This document shows positions 55,355-64,000 of a stretch of DNA of 64,000 nucleotides, piece after piece. This stretch comes from an uncultured Oscillospiraceae bacterium (GTDB lineage: Bacteria > Bacillota > Clostridia > UMGS1840). The stretch covers positions 559-64,558 of the forward strand of contig CAZHZL010000003.1 of NCBI GenBank assembly GCA_964537245.1, read 5' to 3'. Under the pieces are notes generated by a model, which worked only from the letters and a program-made list of their open reading frames with translations, was not told the DNA's origin and made no database searches. The first letter of the stretch is position 1. Each line of letters opens with the position of its first letter. The translations under genes were made by a program, and so were the position numbers.

Positions 55355-56347
55355 ATGAAAATAACAATTTTAGGCTCAGGAGGCTGGGGTACTGCCCTTG
55401 CATGTACGCTTTCAAAAAATAACGACATACTTTTATGGTCGCTTTTTGAAAAAGAAATAGACGAATTGAAAGAAAACAAAGAAAACAAAGCTTTCTTACC
55501 GGGAGTAACACTTCCCGACAGTATAGAATTTTCATCAGATTTGAAATACAGCGTAGAAAAGGCAGAAATAGTTATTTTTGCTGTTCCGTCGTTTGCTATG
55601 CGAGAAACTGCAAAAAACGCAGGAAAGTATTTTAATCCTGAAACACAGATTGCTGTTTGTGTTGCAAAAGGACTTGAAGACAGCAGCTTCATGACTCTCG
55701 GTGAAGTTATAGAATCTGAGCTTCCGAAAAACAGCCGTGTATGCGCATTAAGCGGTCCTACACACGCGGAAGAGGTAGCAAGAGATATTCCGACAACAAT
55801 CGTTGCTGCTGCAAGAGATATAAAGACGGCTGAAATTGTTCAGAATGCAATGATGAACGAGAATTTCAGAATATACACCTCAGACGATATGAAGGGCGTT
55901 GAGCTTGGCGGAACGATAAAAAATGTTATTGCACTTTGCGCAGGTATTTCAGACGGTTGCGGCTTCGGTGACAATGCCAAGGCGGCTCTTATGACAAGAG
56001 GTATTCACGAAATTGCAAGACTCGGTGTGGCAATGGGCGGAAAAAGAGAAACATTTTACGGTTTGTCGGGAATAGGCGACCTTATCGTTACCTGCACAAG
56101 TATGCACTCAAGAAACAGGCGCTGCGGTATTCTTATCGGAAAGGGTATGAGTGCCGATGAGGCTATGAAGGAAGTAAATATGGTTGTTGAAGGTGTAAAA
56201 TGCTTAAAGGCGGTATACAACGCGGCAAAAAAATGTAATGTTGAAATGCCGATTATAAACGAGGCATATGATGTAATATTCAATAACAAAAAACCGCTTG
56301 ACTGTGTAAGCGCTCTTATGACAAGAGAAAAAAGACCTGAGCTTTAA
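55355..56347 (+). CDS. gpsA: NAD(P)H-dependent glycerol-3-phosphate dehydrogenase
   Basis: MKITILGSGGWGTALA start, plus GPTHAEEV and NVIALCAGISDG motifs. Confidence 0.95.
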   Translation: MKITILGSGGWGTALACTLSKNNDILLWSLFEKEIDELKENKENKAFLPGVTLPDSIEFSSDLKYSVEKAEIVIFAVPSFAMRETAKNAGKYFNPETQIAVCVAKGLEDSSFMTLGEVIESELPKNSRVCALSGPTHAEEVARDIPTTIVAAARDIKTAEIVQNAMMNENFRIYTSDDMKGVELGGTIKNVIALCAGISDGCGFGDNAKAALMTRGIHEIARLGVAMGGKRETFYGLSGIGDLIVTCTSMHSRNRRCGILIGKGMSADEAMKEVNMVVEGVKCLKAVYNAAKKCNVEMPIINEAYDVIFNNKKPLDCVSALMTREKRPEL

Positions 56348-57213
56348 TGATTACTAAAAAGAAAGCTATTATATGTGTTTTTACAGTTTTTCTTATAATC
56401 ATCGCAACAACAGCTTATTATCTTATACCATATGTAAAAACGGGCAATAAGCTTACAGTCAGCTTTATAAGTACAGGAAAATCTGACAGTATTTTTATAA
56501 AATTACCAAACAGAAAAACGATGCTTATTGACGGCGGCTATGCAGACTCACTTCCCAAAATTCATGATACACTTCATAAATACAGGGTAAGTAAAATAAA
56601 CTATTTATTTACCTCTCATCAACACGATGACCACATCGGTGCATTTGAAAACATCTTGAAAATATACGAAACTGATGCTGTATATATGCCGCAATCACCT
56701 ATCACAAATTCACAAAAGAACAGGTTTGACAGAAAAATATCGGAAAAGAAAATTCCTGTTCATAACATAAAGCACGGTGATGTTATAATAAACGAAGACG
56801 AAATCTATGCAGAAGTGCTTTCGCCTTTTTCGGAAGATATATATGGGGACGAAAATGATTACAGTGCAATTTTATATCTCAGCTATAAGGATACTTCATT
56901 CATTTTTATGGGTGACGCTTCTGCAAATATAGAAGGGCTTCTTCTTAATTTCTACGAAGATAAACTGAAAGAAGCAGATGTTATAAAGCTTGGTCACCAC
57001 GGAAGCTATACTGCAAGCACATATCCGTTTTTAGAAAAAATAAATCCCGATTACGCAGTAATAACAACAGACGGCAGTGATGAAAGCGTTCCGTCAAAAA
57101 GACTTGCAGATTCTCTTGACAAGCTGAAAATAAAATGCTATAAAACCTTTGAAACAGGAAATATAACATTTACCTCAGACGGAAAGACGATAGATGTTGA
57201 AACTGAAAAATAA
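56347..57213 (+). CDS. MBL-fold metallo-hydrolase (ComEC C-terminal-domain-like) with an N-terminal membrane anchor
   Basis: TM helix, an intact HxHxDH motif (SHQHDDHIG), FMGDA and KLGHHGS motifs. The ATG overlaps the gpsA stop. Confidence 0.85.
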   Translation: MITKKKAIICVFTVFLIIIATTAYYLIPYVKTGNKLTVSFISTGKSDSIFIKLPNRKTMLIDGGYADSLPKIHDTLHKYRVSKINYLFTSHQHDDHIGAFENILKIYETDAVYMPQSPITNSQKNRFDRKISEKKIPVHNIKHGDVIINEDEIYAEVLSPFSEDIYGDENDYSAILYLSYKDTSFIFMGDASANIEGLLLNFYEDKLKEADVIKLGHHGSYTASTYPFLEKINPDYAVITTDGSDESVPSKRLADSLDKLKIKCYKTFETGNITFTSDGKTIDVETEK

Positions 57214-57217
57214 AAAA

Positions 57218-57250
57218 GGGAATGCAAAAAATCAATTTTTTTACATTCCC
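57218..57250. terminator. Inverted repeat between convergent genes (probable bidirectional terminator)
   Basis: GGGAATG (57218-57224) pairs with CATTCCC (57244-57250), and the loop contains an A-run and a T-run. Confidence 0.45.
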
Positions 57251-57255
57251 ATCTG

Positions 57256-57597
57256 TTATTCGCTTCTATCCGTTTCGGCTTTTACAAATATTTCAAGCAG
57301 TTCTTCGGCATAAGCCTGCTGTTTTCCGTTCAGCTTGGAAAGCATTGCAAGAACCGTATTATTCTGATTATTTTCGCTTATTCCAAATAATATATAGTCA
57401 GCAGACGCGTCAAGAGCTTTGCATATAGCCATAAGTGAGCTTATTGACAGCCCTGCTGCGCCACGCTCTACCATACTTAAGTTTTTTTGGCTCATATCTA
57501 TTATTTCTGAAAGCTGTTCCTGTGTATAGTGTCTTGCTTTTCGCATTTGCTTTATTCTCATACCGATAGGCTTAAAATCATAAGGACGAATTTTCAT
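57256..57597 (-). CDS. XRE family helix-turn-helix transcriptional regulator
   Basis: IGMRIKQMRKARHYTQEQLSEIIDMSQKNLSMVERG is a classic Cro/C1-type HTH. RBS GAGGTG. Confidence 0.85.
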   Translation of the reverse strand: MKIRPYDFKPIGMRIKQMRKARHYTQEQLSEIIDMSQKNLSMVERGAAGLSISSLMAICKALDASADYILFGISENNQNNTVLAMLSKLNGKQQAYAEELLEIFVKAETDRSE

Positions 57598-57639
57598 TTT
57601 TACACCTCGAAAATCTATTTTGTACTTATAGTTTACCCT

Positions 57640-57719
57640 ATTGTATGCCGACTTTTAACTGTACACAACTTAAAGTTGAGAAATCATATATTGACTTTTG
57701 TCGAAATATGTAGTATAAT
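57640..57719. promoter_or_regulatory. Divergent promoter region with a palindromic candidate operator
   Basis: Minus strand: TTGTGT (57668-57663), 17-nt spacer, TACAAT (57645-57640). Plus strand: TTGACT (57691-57696), 17-nt spacer, TATAAT (57714-57719). The palindrome CAACTT-A-AAGTTG (57666-57678) overlaps the minus-strand -35 box. TGTCGAA (57699-57705) lies inside the plus-strand spacer. Confidence 0.5.
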
Positions 57720-57744
57720 AAAATAAAAAGGGTATAAGATAAAG

Positions 57745-58206
57745 ATGACCGACAAAAACAAAAAACTTATGAAATACATTCAGCTATATCACGAATTAAA
57801 TCATGCAAAGAAAAATGAAAATTTTTGGAATTATAAAGAAGTGTACGACAATAAAGCATATTTTTTCGCAAAACTTGAAGGAAGAAACAGAATCACAATT
57901 CCCGCATCGGCAAATTTTTTCTTCAGAAATTCGGGAAATAAATTTATTTCTATGCTTTCAGAACGCAGCTTAGATTTTATAAAAAATGAATTTACATATA
58001 AGGCTCCAAAGAAGCTTATTAATTTTTTTAAAGAAGACCATCTTGAAGTAAAGTGTTTAAAAATTAAAACCACTGTAAAGCTCAGCAAAGCTGCCATGCG
58101 TGTGCTGAAGCTTAATAAAACAGACACTGTATTGATAACATTTTACAATTCAGGATTTTTTATAAAGAAGCTGAATTTTCCAGTTCCTTTTCAACCCACG
58201 CCATAA
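57745..58206 (+). CDS. Hypothetical protein, tentatively two AbrB/SpoVT-like half-domains (MraZ-like layout)
   Basis: 153-aa ORF behind a consensus promoter, with two segments resembling swapped-hairpin motifs (GRNRITIPASANFFFRNSG; TVKLSKAAMRVLKLNKTDTVLITFYNSGFFIKK). The RBS is weak, and the last 47 nt overlap the convergent DUF4186 gene. Confidence 0.35.
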   Translation: MTDKNKKLMKYIQLYHELNHAKKNENFWNYKEVYDNKAYFFAKLEGRNRITIPASANFFFRNSGNKFISMLSERSLDFIKNEFTYKAPKKLINFFKEDHLEVKCLKIKTTVKLSKAAMRVLKLNKTDTVLITFYNSGFFIKKLNFPVPFQPTP

Positions 58207-58528
58207 GAAGATTAACAATTTTTATTTGCTGAGATTTTGTAAGCGCCTTATTCTCAGAAACCTTATACCATTTTTTCAGACACCCTCTGCAACAGCAGGC
58301 GGTAGCGTGCTGTGCAATAAATATCGGGTGACCTCTCATCGGAGTTTGCTTACCGTCGTTTTCGATAAAAGAAGGGGCAAGTCTTTTTTCGACAAAATCC
58401 TCTGCGTGTCGTTTCACGGTATCAAGACCGATTTTTTCTATGTATTCAATATCCTTCTTTTTCAAATGAAATGATGAACGGAACTTCGATTTTTCAAGTT
58501 TTTCTAAAGCTTCATCTATCGTCTGCAT
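58160..58528 (-). CDS. DUF4186 domain protein
   Basis: FRSSFHLKKKDIEYI...HAEDFVEKRLAP...NDGKQTPMRGHPIFIAQHATACCCRGCLKKWY is the characteristic DUF4186 sequence. A strong G-rich RBS lies upstream. Confidence 0.7.
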   Translation of the reverse strand: MQTIDEALEKLEKSKFRSSFHLKKKDIEYIEKIGLDTVKRHAEDFVEKRLAPSFIENDGKQTPMRGHPIFIAQHATACCCRGCLKKWYKVSENKALTKSQQIKIVNLLMAWVEKELENSASL

Positions 58529-58636
58529 ATTTTATCCCCCCTTTTTATCATTATATCATCTTCCCTCTTAAAAATCAAGGTGTTTTAAACTGTCTTTTTT
58601 CGGACATACTGATAAAAGCAGGGAGTGAATGTAAAT

Positions 58637-59311
58637 ATGGAAATAATAAAAGTAATTTTAACATCATTGTTGTCGGCAGGTTCTTTATTTATACTTGCGA
58701 AAATTATGGGACATAAACAGGTAGCACAGCTTGATTTTTTCGACTACATCACCGGAATCACCATAGGCTCAATAGCTGCGGAGTTAGCTACTGAGCTTGA
58801 AAAACCGTGGAAACCGTTGATTTCAATGATAATTTACGGAATAATCTCGGTTGCACTGACAATTGTCGCACAAAAAATCTCAAAAAGCCGTAAATTTGTG
58901 AACGGCACTCCGACAATTATTATGGATAATGGAAAATTATACAGAGAAAATATGAAAAAGGCAAAGCTTGAATTAAGCGAATTTATGGTTATGTGCAGGC
59001 AAGAGGGATATTTTAATTTAAACGATATTCAGACCGCGGTGTTTGAGCATAACGGAAGGCTTACAATACTACCTTTCAGCGATAAAAGGCCGCTTACGCC
59101 TTATGATATGAATATTACTCCGCCTGCTGACAAAATCTGTACCGAGGTTATAATGGACGGTAGGGTTTTAGGAGAAAACTTGAAAAGACTGGGCTTGGAT
59201 ATAACATGGCTCGAAAAAGAGCTTCGAAAGCAAAAATACGACAGTGTAAATGAAATTTTTCTGGGTATATGTGATAAAGATAATAAGCTTTCGTTGTTTT
59301 CAAAAAAATAG
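58637..59311 (+). CDS. DUF421 (YetF-like) membrane protein
   Basis: N-terminal TM helices and a conserved C-terminal domain (GTPTIIMDNGKLYRENMKKAKLELSEFMVMCRQEGYFNLNDIQTAVFEHNGRLT). The start is ATG 58637 or GTG 58625. Confidence 0.75.
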   Translation: MEIIKVILTSLLSAGSLFILAKIMGHKQVAQLDFFDYITGITIGSIAAELATELEKPWKPLISMIIYGIISVALTIVAQKISKSRKFVNGTPTIIMDNGKLYRENMKKAKLELSEFMVMCRQEGYFNLNDIQTAVFEHNGRLTILPFSDKRPLTPYDMNITPPADKICTEVIMDGRVLGENLKRLGLDITWLEKELRKQKYDSVNEIFLGICDKDNKLSLFSKK

Positions 59312-59332
59312 GGGCGCTAACCCCTATTTTTT
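59302..59332. terminator. Bidirectional terminator (DUF421 gene / aldehyde dehydrogenase gene)
   Basis: AAAAAAATAGGGG-CGCTAA-CCCCTATTTTTT. Confidence 0.75.
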
Positions 59333-60710
59333 ATCTTAAAAACATTCTTAAAAGTATTTCGTTGAATTTTTTATACGGCTGATATCGCATAGGTAAATCA
59401 ATCCATGTTTTTTTATCAACAATACTTTTATGGTGAGTAAAAGTATCAAAACCTACTTTTCCGTGATATGAGCCCATACCGCTTTCCCCTACTCCGCCGA
59501 AGCCCATATTGCTTGTAGCAAGATGAATGATTGTATCGTTTATACAGCCTCCGCCAAACACACACTCAGACATAACTTTTTTTGACACCTTTTTATTTTC
59601 TGAAAAAATGTAAAGTGCAAGCGGTTTATCGTGACTGTTTACGGTTTTTATAACATCATCAATATTTTCATATGTAAGTACAGGCATCAAAGGACCGAAT
59701 ATTTCTTCCTTCATAACTGCGTCATCCCATGTTATATTATCAAGTACGGTAGGCTCGATTTTAAGTGTGTTTTTGTCTGATTTTCCACCGAAAAATACCT
59801 TTTTCTCATCAATGAGACTGCAAACTCTGTCAAAATGCTTTTCACTTATCATTTTTCCGTAAGCTGCATTTTCAAGCCCGTTTTCTCCGTACTGCGTTAT
59901 TATTTCAGCCTTTACATAGGATAAAAACTCATCCTTGACAGTTTTTTCACACAGTATATAATCAGGTGCAACGCAGGTCTGTCCGCAGTTCAAATATTTT
60001 CCGAATACAATTCGCTTTGCTGCAAGCTTCAAGTTTGCACTTTTATCTATAATACAAGGACTTTTTCCGCCAAGTTCCAATGTTACGGGAGTAAGATATG
60101 CGCTTGCCTTTTCCAAAACAACCCTTCCGACTACCTTACTTCCTGTGAAGAATATATAATCAAATTTTTCAGATAAAAGATGATTATTTTCTTCTCTTCC
60201 GCCTGTAACAACGCTTACATATTCAGCCGGGAAAACACTTTCTATTATTTTTTTTATGACTGCACTTGTTTCAGGAGAGTATGCACTCGGCTTAACTACC
60301 GCTGTATTTCCTGCAGCAACAGCGTCAACAAGTGGGTCTAAGGTTAGTAAAAGCGGATAATTCCACGGACTCATAATAAGTACAACACCGTATGGCATTG
60401 GCTTTTTAAAGCTTCTTGAATGAAACTGGGCAAGCGGAGTTGCAACTCTTTTTTCCTTTGCATAAGACCTTGTGTGCTTTATCATATAGCTTATTTCGCT
60501 GACAACAAGCCCCACCTCACACATATAGCTTTCAAACTTTGATTTTCCAAGATCGCTTTTTATTGCATCAGAAATCTTTTCCTCATTTTTCAGAAGCTCT
60601 TCACGCAGCTTCTTTAAATATTCTATTCTTTTATTGACATCAAGCGTTTTATTTTCAGAAAAATACTCTCTTTGCTTTTCTACAATAAGCTTTATTTCTT
60701 CTCTTGTCAT
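59331..60710 (-). CDS. NAD(P)-dependent aldehyde dehydrogenase (class-3-like)
   Basis: 459 aa with ALDH motifs (FTGSKVVGR, LELGGKSP, catalytic Cys in NCGQTCVAPDY). Confidence 0.9.
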   Translation of the reverse strand: MTREEIKLIVEKQREYFSENKTLDVNKRIEYLKKLREELLKNEEKISDAIKSDLGKSKFESYMCEVGLVVSEISYMIKHTRSYAKEKRVATPLAQFHSRSFKKPMPYGVVLIMSPWNYPLLLTLDPLVDAVAAGNTAVVKPSAYSPETSAVIKKIIESVFPAEYVSVVTGGREENNHLLSEKFDYIFFTGSKVVGRVVLEKASAYLTPVTLELGGKSPCIIDKSANLKLAAKRIVFGKYLNCGQTCVAPDYILCEKTVKDEFLSYVKAEIITQYGENGLENAAYGKMISEKHFDRVCSLIDEKKVFFGGKSDKNTLKIEPTVLDNITWDDAVMKEEIFGPLMPVLTYENIDDVIKTVNSHDKPLALYIFSENKKVSKKVMSECVFGGGCINDTIIHLATSNMGFGGVGESGMGSYHGKVGFDTFTHHKSIVDKKTWIDLPMRYQPYKKFNEILLRMFLR

Positions 60711-60713
60711 AGC

Positions 60714-61913
60714 TTAGTCCTCCATAACATCAAAATAAAATTGTTCCAGTTCTTCTCTTGTCATCAGCTTCGGCACCGGATAAAGCGGATTTGCTTCCTT
60801 CTCAGCATACCCTGAAAGCTCCTTGATATCTTCCCTTTTTATGCCGGAAAGCTTAGTTGGAATTCCCATATTTTCATTCATTTCTCTTATTTTCTTTACC
60901 AAAAGAATATGTGCGTCTTTTTCTTTTATATTTTCGTCTGCTATTCCCATCGCAAGCACGATATCCTTTGATTTTTTATATATGCTTTCGTCATATGCTT
61001 CAAGAACATACGGAAGCAGAACTGCGTTTGCAAGTCCATGTGCAATATTATATTTTCCTCCAAGCGTATGGGCAACTGCATGACAGTAGCCTACATAAGA
61101 TTTTGAAAATGCTCGCCCTGCCAGAAAAGAGGCTTTAAGCATATTTTCTCTGTTTTTGCTGTCTCCGCCGTTGTATGCTTTTTCTAAATTTTCCGAAATA
61201 AGCTTCATGGCTGTAAGCGCGTCATTTCTCGTTGATTTCGTAGTTGAACGACCTATATATGCTTCAATCGCATGTGTGAGTGCATCCATACCCGTTGTCG
61301 CAACGATATGCGGAGGAAGATTTTTTGTTACTTCAGCGTCCAAAACAGCTACACGAGGAATAAGAGGAAAATCACTTGCAGTAAATTTATGTCTTGTTAT
61401 TTCGTCTGTAATAACGGTTGTTACAGTTGTTTCACTTCCTGTTCCTGCCGTTGTGGGAACAGCTATAAGAAACGGTATCTTTCTATGCACTCTCAGAATA
61501 CCTTCCATTTTTGAAATTGGTTGTCGGGGCTTTGCAATTCTTGCGCCGATAGCCTTTGCGCAATCTATTGAAGAACCGCCGCCGAAGCCTACAAGTGCGT
61601 TAAGTTTATTTTCTTTGTAGATTGAAACTGCCTCCTCAACATTCGCTATTGTAGGGTTTGGAACAGTTTTATCATATACAAAATATCTGATATTTTTTTC
61701 TTCAAGCGATTTCTTAAGAGGGTCAAGCAATCCTAAGGAATGAATGACTTTATCTGTAACAATAAGAACAGAATTAAGCTTTTTTTCCAAAAGCACATCA
61801 CCGATTTCTTCTCTTTTTGATAAAACAAGCGGATTGCGGTACGGAAGTATCGGAATCGCGAGTTTAAACACAGTCTGAAAGACTCTGCAATATATTTTCT
61901 TTGCTATATTCAT
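60714..61913 (-). CDS. Iron-containing (group III) alcohol dehydrogenase
   Basis: GFGGGSSIDCAK nucleotide motif and His metal ligands (CHAVAHTLGGKYNIAHG). Its stop lies 3 nt from the ALDH start. Confidence 0.9.
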   Translation of the reverse strand: MNIAKKIYCRVFQTVFKLAIPILPYRNPLVLSKREEIGDVLLEKKLNSVLIVTDKVIHSLGLLDPLKKSLEEKNIRYFVYDKTVPNPTIANVEEAVSIYKENKLNALVGFGGGSSIDCAKAIGARIAKPRQPISKMEGILRVHRKIPFLIAVPTTAGTGSETTVTTVITDEITRHKFTASDFPLIPRVAVLDAEVTKNLPPHIVATTGMDALTHAIEAYIGRSTTKSTRNDALTAMKLISENLEKAYNGGDSKNRENMLKASFLAGRAFSKSYVGYCHAVAHTLGGKYNIAHGLANAVLLPYVLEAYDESIYKKSKDIVLAMGIADENIKEKDAHILLVKKIREMNENMGIPTKLSGIKREDIKELSGYAEKEANPLYPVPKLMTREELEQFYFDVMED

Positions 61914-62031
61914 TTTTGTTCTCCGTTTCTGTTTTTTTATACCGTTATTTTACCACAATTTGTTCACATTGTCAACTTTTTCTCAAAAAATTACTTTTGA
62001 AATCACATAAAATTCATATCAAAAATTTATA

Positions 62032-62061
62032 CTTGACATATAATAGTGTATTGGAGTATAA
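62032..62061 (+). promoter_or_regulatory. Putative sigma-A promoter of the LOG/aldo-keto-reductase pair
   Basis: TTGACA (62032-62037), 18-nt spacer, TATAAT (62056-62061). Confidence 0.5.
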
Positions 62062-62100
62062 TATTATTATAAAAATATTGTTGAAAAAGGAGAGATAAAT

Positions 62101-62697
62101 ATGAATATATGTGTATACGGTGCTTCAAGCGATGAGATTAAGAAGGACTATATCTTAAAAGGCGAAGAGCTTGGAAGAAAAATAGCACAGAGAGGCCATA
62201 AGCTTGTTTACGGTGCCGGTTCAAAAGGTATGATGGGCGCAGTTGCAAGAGGCGCATATGAAAAAGGCGGCTACATAATGGGAGTTGCACCGAGATTTTT
62301 CAGTGCCGACGGAGTTCTCTTTGATAATTGCACTGAGCTTGTCAGAATGGATACTATGCGTGAAAGAAAGCAGATAATGGAGGATAACTCAGACGCTTTC
62401 ATCACTACTCCGGGAGGAATAGGAACATTTGAAGAATTTTTTGAAATTCTTACATTAAAGCAGCTTGCCAGACTTAACAAGGCAATCTGCATATATAATA
62501 TTGACGGCTATTACGATGAAATGCTTGCGCTTATGCATAACGCTATTGAAGAAAACTTTATGAAGGAAGAATGTACAGCGCTTTATAAGGTATTTACAGA
62601 TATGGATGAAATGCTTGACTATGTTGAAAGCTATAATCCTGCTTCTGTTGATTTACTTCAGATGAAAGATATTCACGATTGTGACGAAGAGGAATAA
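62101..62697 (+). CDS. LOG family protein (TIGR00730-type nucleotide N-glycosidase)
   Basis: VYGAGSKGMMG and PGGIGTFEEFFE (PGGxGTxxE) motifs. Confidence 0.85.
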   Translation: MNICVYGASSDEIKKDYILKGEELGRKIAQRGHKLVYGAGSKGMMGAVARGAYEKGGYIMGVAPRFFSADGVLFDNCTELVRMDTMRERKQIMEDNSDAFITTPGGIGTFEEFFEILTLKQLARLNKAICIYNIDGYYDEMLALMHNAIEENFMKEECTALYKVFTDMDEMLDYVESYNPASVDLLQMKDIHDCDEEE

Positions 62698-62700
62698 AAT

Positions 62701-63621
62701 ATGTATACAATAAATTTTGGCTCATCTACGCTTAAAGTGCCTACAATGGCGGTAGGCTGCATGAGAATAAACAATACAGATAAGAAAAATGCAGAGGCTT
62801 TTTTAAAAACTGCGATTGATAACGGCGCATGCTTTTTCGACCATGCTGATATATACGGCGGCGGAGAATGTGAAAAAATTTTCTCAGATGTTCTTAATAT
62901 GAACGATGATATAAGAGAAAAGCTTATTATTCAGACAAAATGCGGAATTGTTCCGGGAAAAATGTTTGACTTTTCAAAGGAGCATATCATAAATTCTGTT
63001 GAAAACAGCTTAAAAAGACTGAAAACAGATTACCTTGATGCTCTTCTTCTGCATCGCCCCGACGCATTATGTGAGCCTGAAGAAGTTGCAGAAGCCTTCA
63101 CAAAATTAAAGGATAGCGGCAAGGTGCAATATTTTGGAGTTTCAAATCAGAATCCAATGCAGATTGAGCTTTTAAAAAAATATCTTGATATGCCGATTGT
63201 TGCAAATCAGCTTCAGCTAAGTATCACAAACTGCACCATGATTTCAAATTCAATAAATGTGAATATGGAAAACTATTCCGCAATTTCAAGAGACGGAAGC
63301 GTACTTGATTACTGTCGTTTAAGCGATATAACCATTCAGCCGTGGTCACCGTTCCAGTACGGATTTTTTGAAGGAACATTCATAGATAACGAAAAGTTCC
63401 CTGAGCTTAATAAAAAGCTTGATGAAATTGCAGAGAAATACAATGTAACAAAAACTACCGTTTCATTTGCTTGGCTGCTTCGCCACCCTGCAAAATTTCA
63501 GCCGATTACAGGAACGATGAATATAAAAAGGCTTCTGGATTGCATAAAGGCGACCGAAATCCGCCTGACAAGAGAAGAATGGTATGAAATATATAAAAGC
63601 GCAGGAAATGTCTTGCCATAG
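62701..63621 (+). CDS. Aldo/keto reductase
   Basis: 306 aa with typical AKR motifs (FFDHADIYGGGECE, LLHRPD, YFGVSNQNP). Confidence 0.9.
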   Translation: MYTINFGSSTLKVPTMAVGCMRINNTDKKNAEAFLKTAIDNGACFFDHADIYGGGECEKIFSDVLNMNDDIREKLIIQTKCGIVPGKMFDFSKEHIINSVENSLKRLKTDYLDALLLHRPDALCEPEEVAEAFTKLKDSGKVQYFGVSNQNPMQIELLKKYLDMPIVANQLQLSITNCTMISNSINVNMENYSAISRDGSVLDYCRLSDITIQPWSPFQYGFFEGTFIDNEKFPELNKKLDEIAEKYNVTKTTVSFAWLLRHPAKFQPITGTMNIKRLLDCIKATEIRLTREEWYEIYKSAGNVLP

Positions 63622-63699
63622 ATTAAAATTTATTTTAACAAGAAGCAAAGGGAATGTTAAAAAAGCAATATCATTAAGTTAAGAATAATATAAAAGTTT

Positions 63700-63746
63700 A
63701 AAACACACCTAACGAAGATAAAGATTCTAAGTTAGGTGTGTTTTTC
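63700..63746 (+). terminator. Rho-independent terminator after the aldo/keto reductase gene
   Basis: AAACACACCTAAC (63701-63713) pairs with GTTAGGTGTGTTT (63731-63743), a 13-bp stem, followed by a T-run. Confidence 0.75.
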
Positions 63747-64000
63747 TAAAAAATGGCATACAAAAAAGACAGGCTGAAAAGTCTGCCTAAAATTCACTTA
63801 ATTAATTTACATATCAATAAAATTATGGTATTCTGTATAAGAAAATTGCCGCTACTCTTGCGTGTGCTTTTCGTGGATTGGTGAGTCCTTGTCGAATGGG
63901 CAGCAAATGATGTAGTAACAATGTTTCAAGCTTAGACGGAGATATATTTTTCAGGAAGAATTTACGACATATATGTACTGAGACAGCAAAATTAATTTTG

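Noticed and set aside
63753-63884. A 43-codon ORF (MAYKKDRLKSLPKIHLINLH...) after the aldo/keto reductase terminator.
   Set aside because: It has no RBS and no recognisable motif, and its composition matches that of intergenic DNA.
63978-63983. CTGAGA near the window end as the core of a TPP riboswitch.
   Set aside because: This is only a hexamer match. The flanking conserved TPP-riboswitch helices (GGGG.GC upstream, ACCC..GAACCTGATC downstream) are absent or lie beyond the window.

Overview
This is an AT-rich, low-GC Firmicutes chromosome segment that looks Clostridia-like and spore-forming (spoIIP, an AbrB-type regulator, Spo0A-box-like motifs, and a perfect CIRCE operator in front of groES-groEL). 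I call about 67 protein genes and one tRNA-Pro(GGG). One of the protein genes is an rpmF that is too short for the supplied ORF track. I also call many near-consensus sigma-A promoters and hairpin terminators. Most of the content is core housekeeping: groESL, maf-luxS-mtnN, metK, an ABC-F ATPase, polA, recD2-pth-mfd, dtd, recO, the DUF512 gene-der-plsY, the DUF177 gene-rpmF, pta/ackA, yicC, and nth-lspA-rluD-gpsA. There are also redox and sugar genes. I see no transposase, integrase, phage gene, restriction-modification system, CRISPR array or recognisable toxin-antitoxin pair, so I read this as an ordinary core region rather than an accessory island, and I cannot point to a clear-cut new multi-gene system. 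The best candidates for unexplained biology are these. (1) A closed two-gene operon encoding an HPr-kinase-like P-loop protein and a polytopic membrane protein (19.0-20.7 kb). (2) A GC-richer, hairpin-dense intergenic element with mutually exclusive pairings, ended by a long hairpin (41.6-41.8 kb). (3) A pta/ackA pair split by a four-helix-bundle (23S-IVS/Avd-like) gene and a 200-bp spacer full of phased short repeats (49.3-49.9 kb). (4) YycH/YycI-like genes with no WalRK, apparently co-transcribed with polA (23.2-26.0 kb). (5) A small XRE-controlled module with a tentative double-AbrB-like protein whose 3' end overlaps a convergent DUF4186 gene (57.2-58.5 kb). All functional calls come from motif recognition by eye, and nothing was searched against a database.
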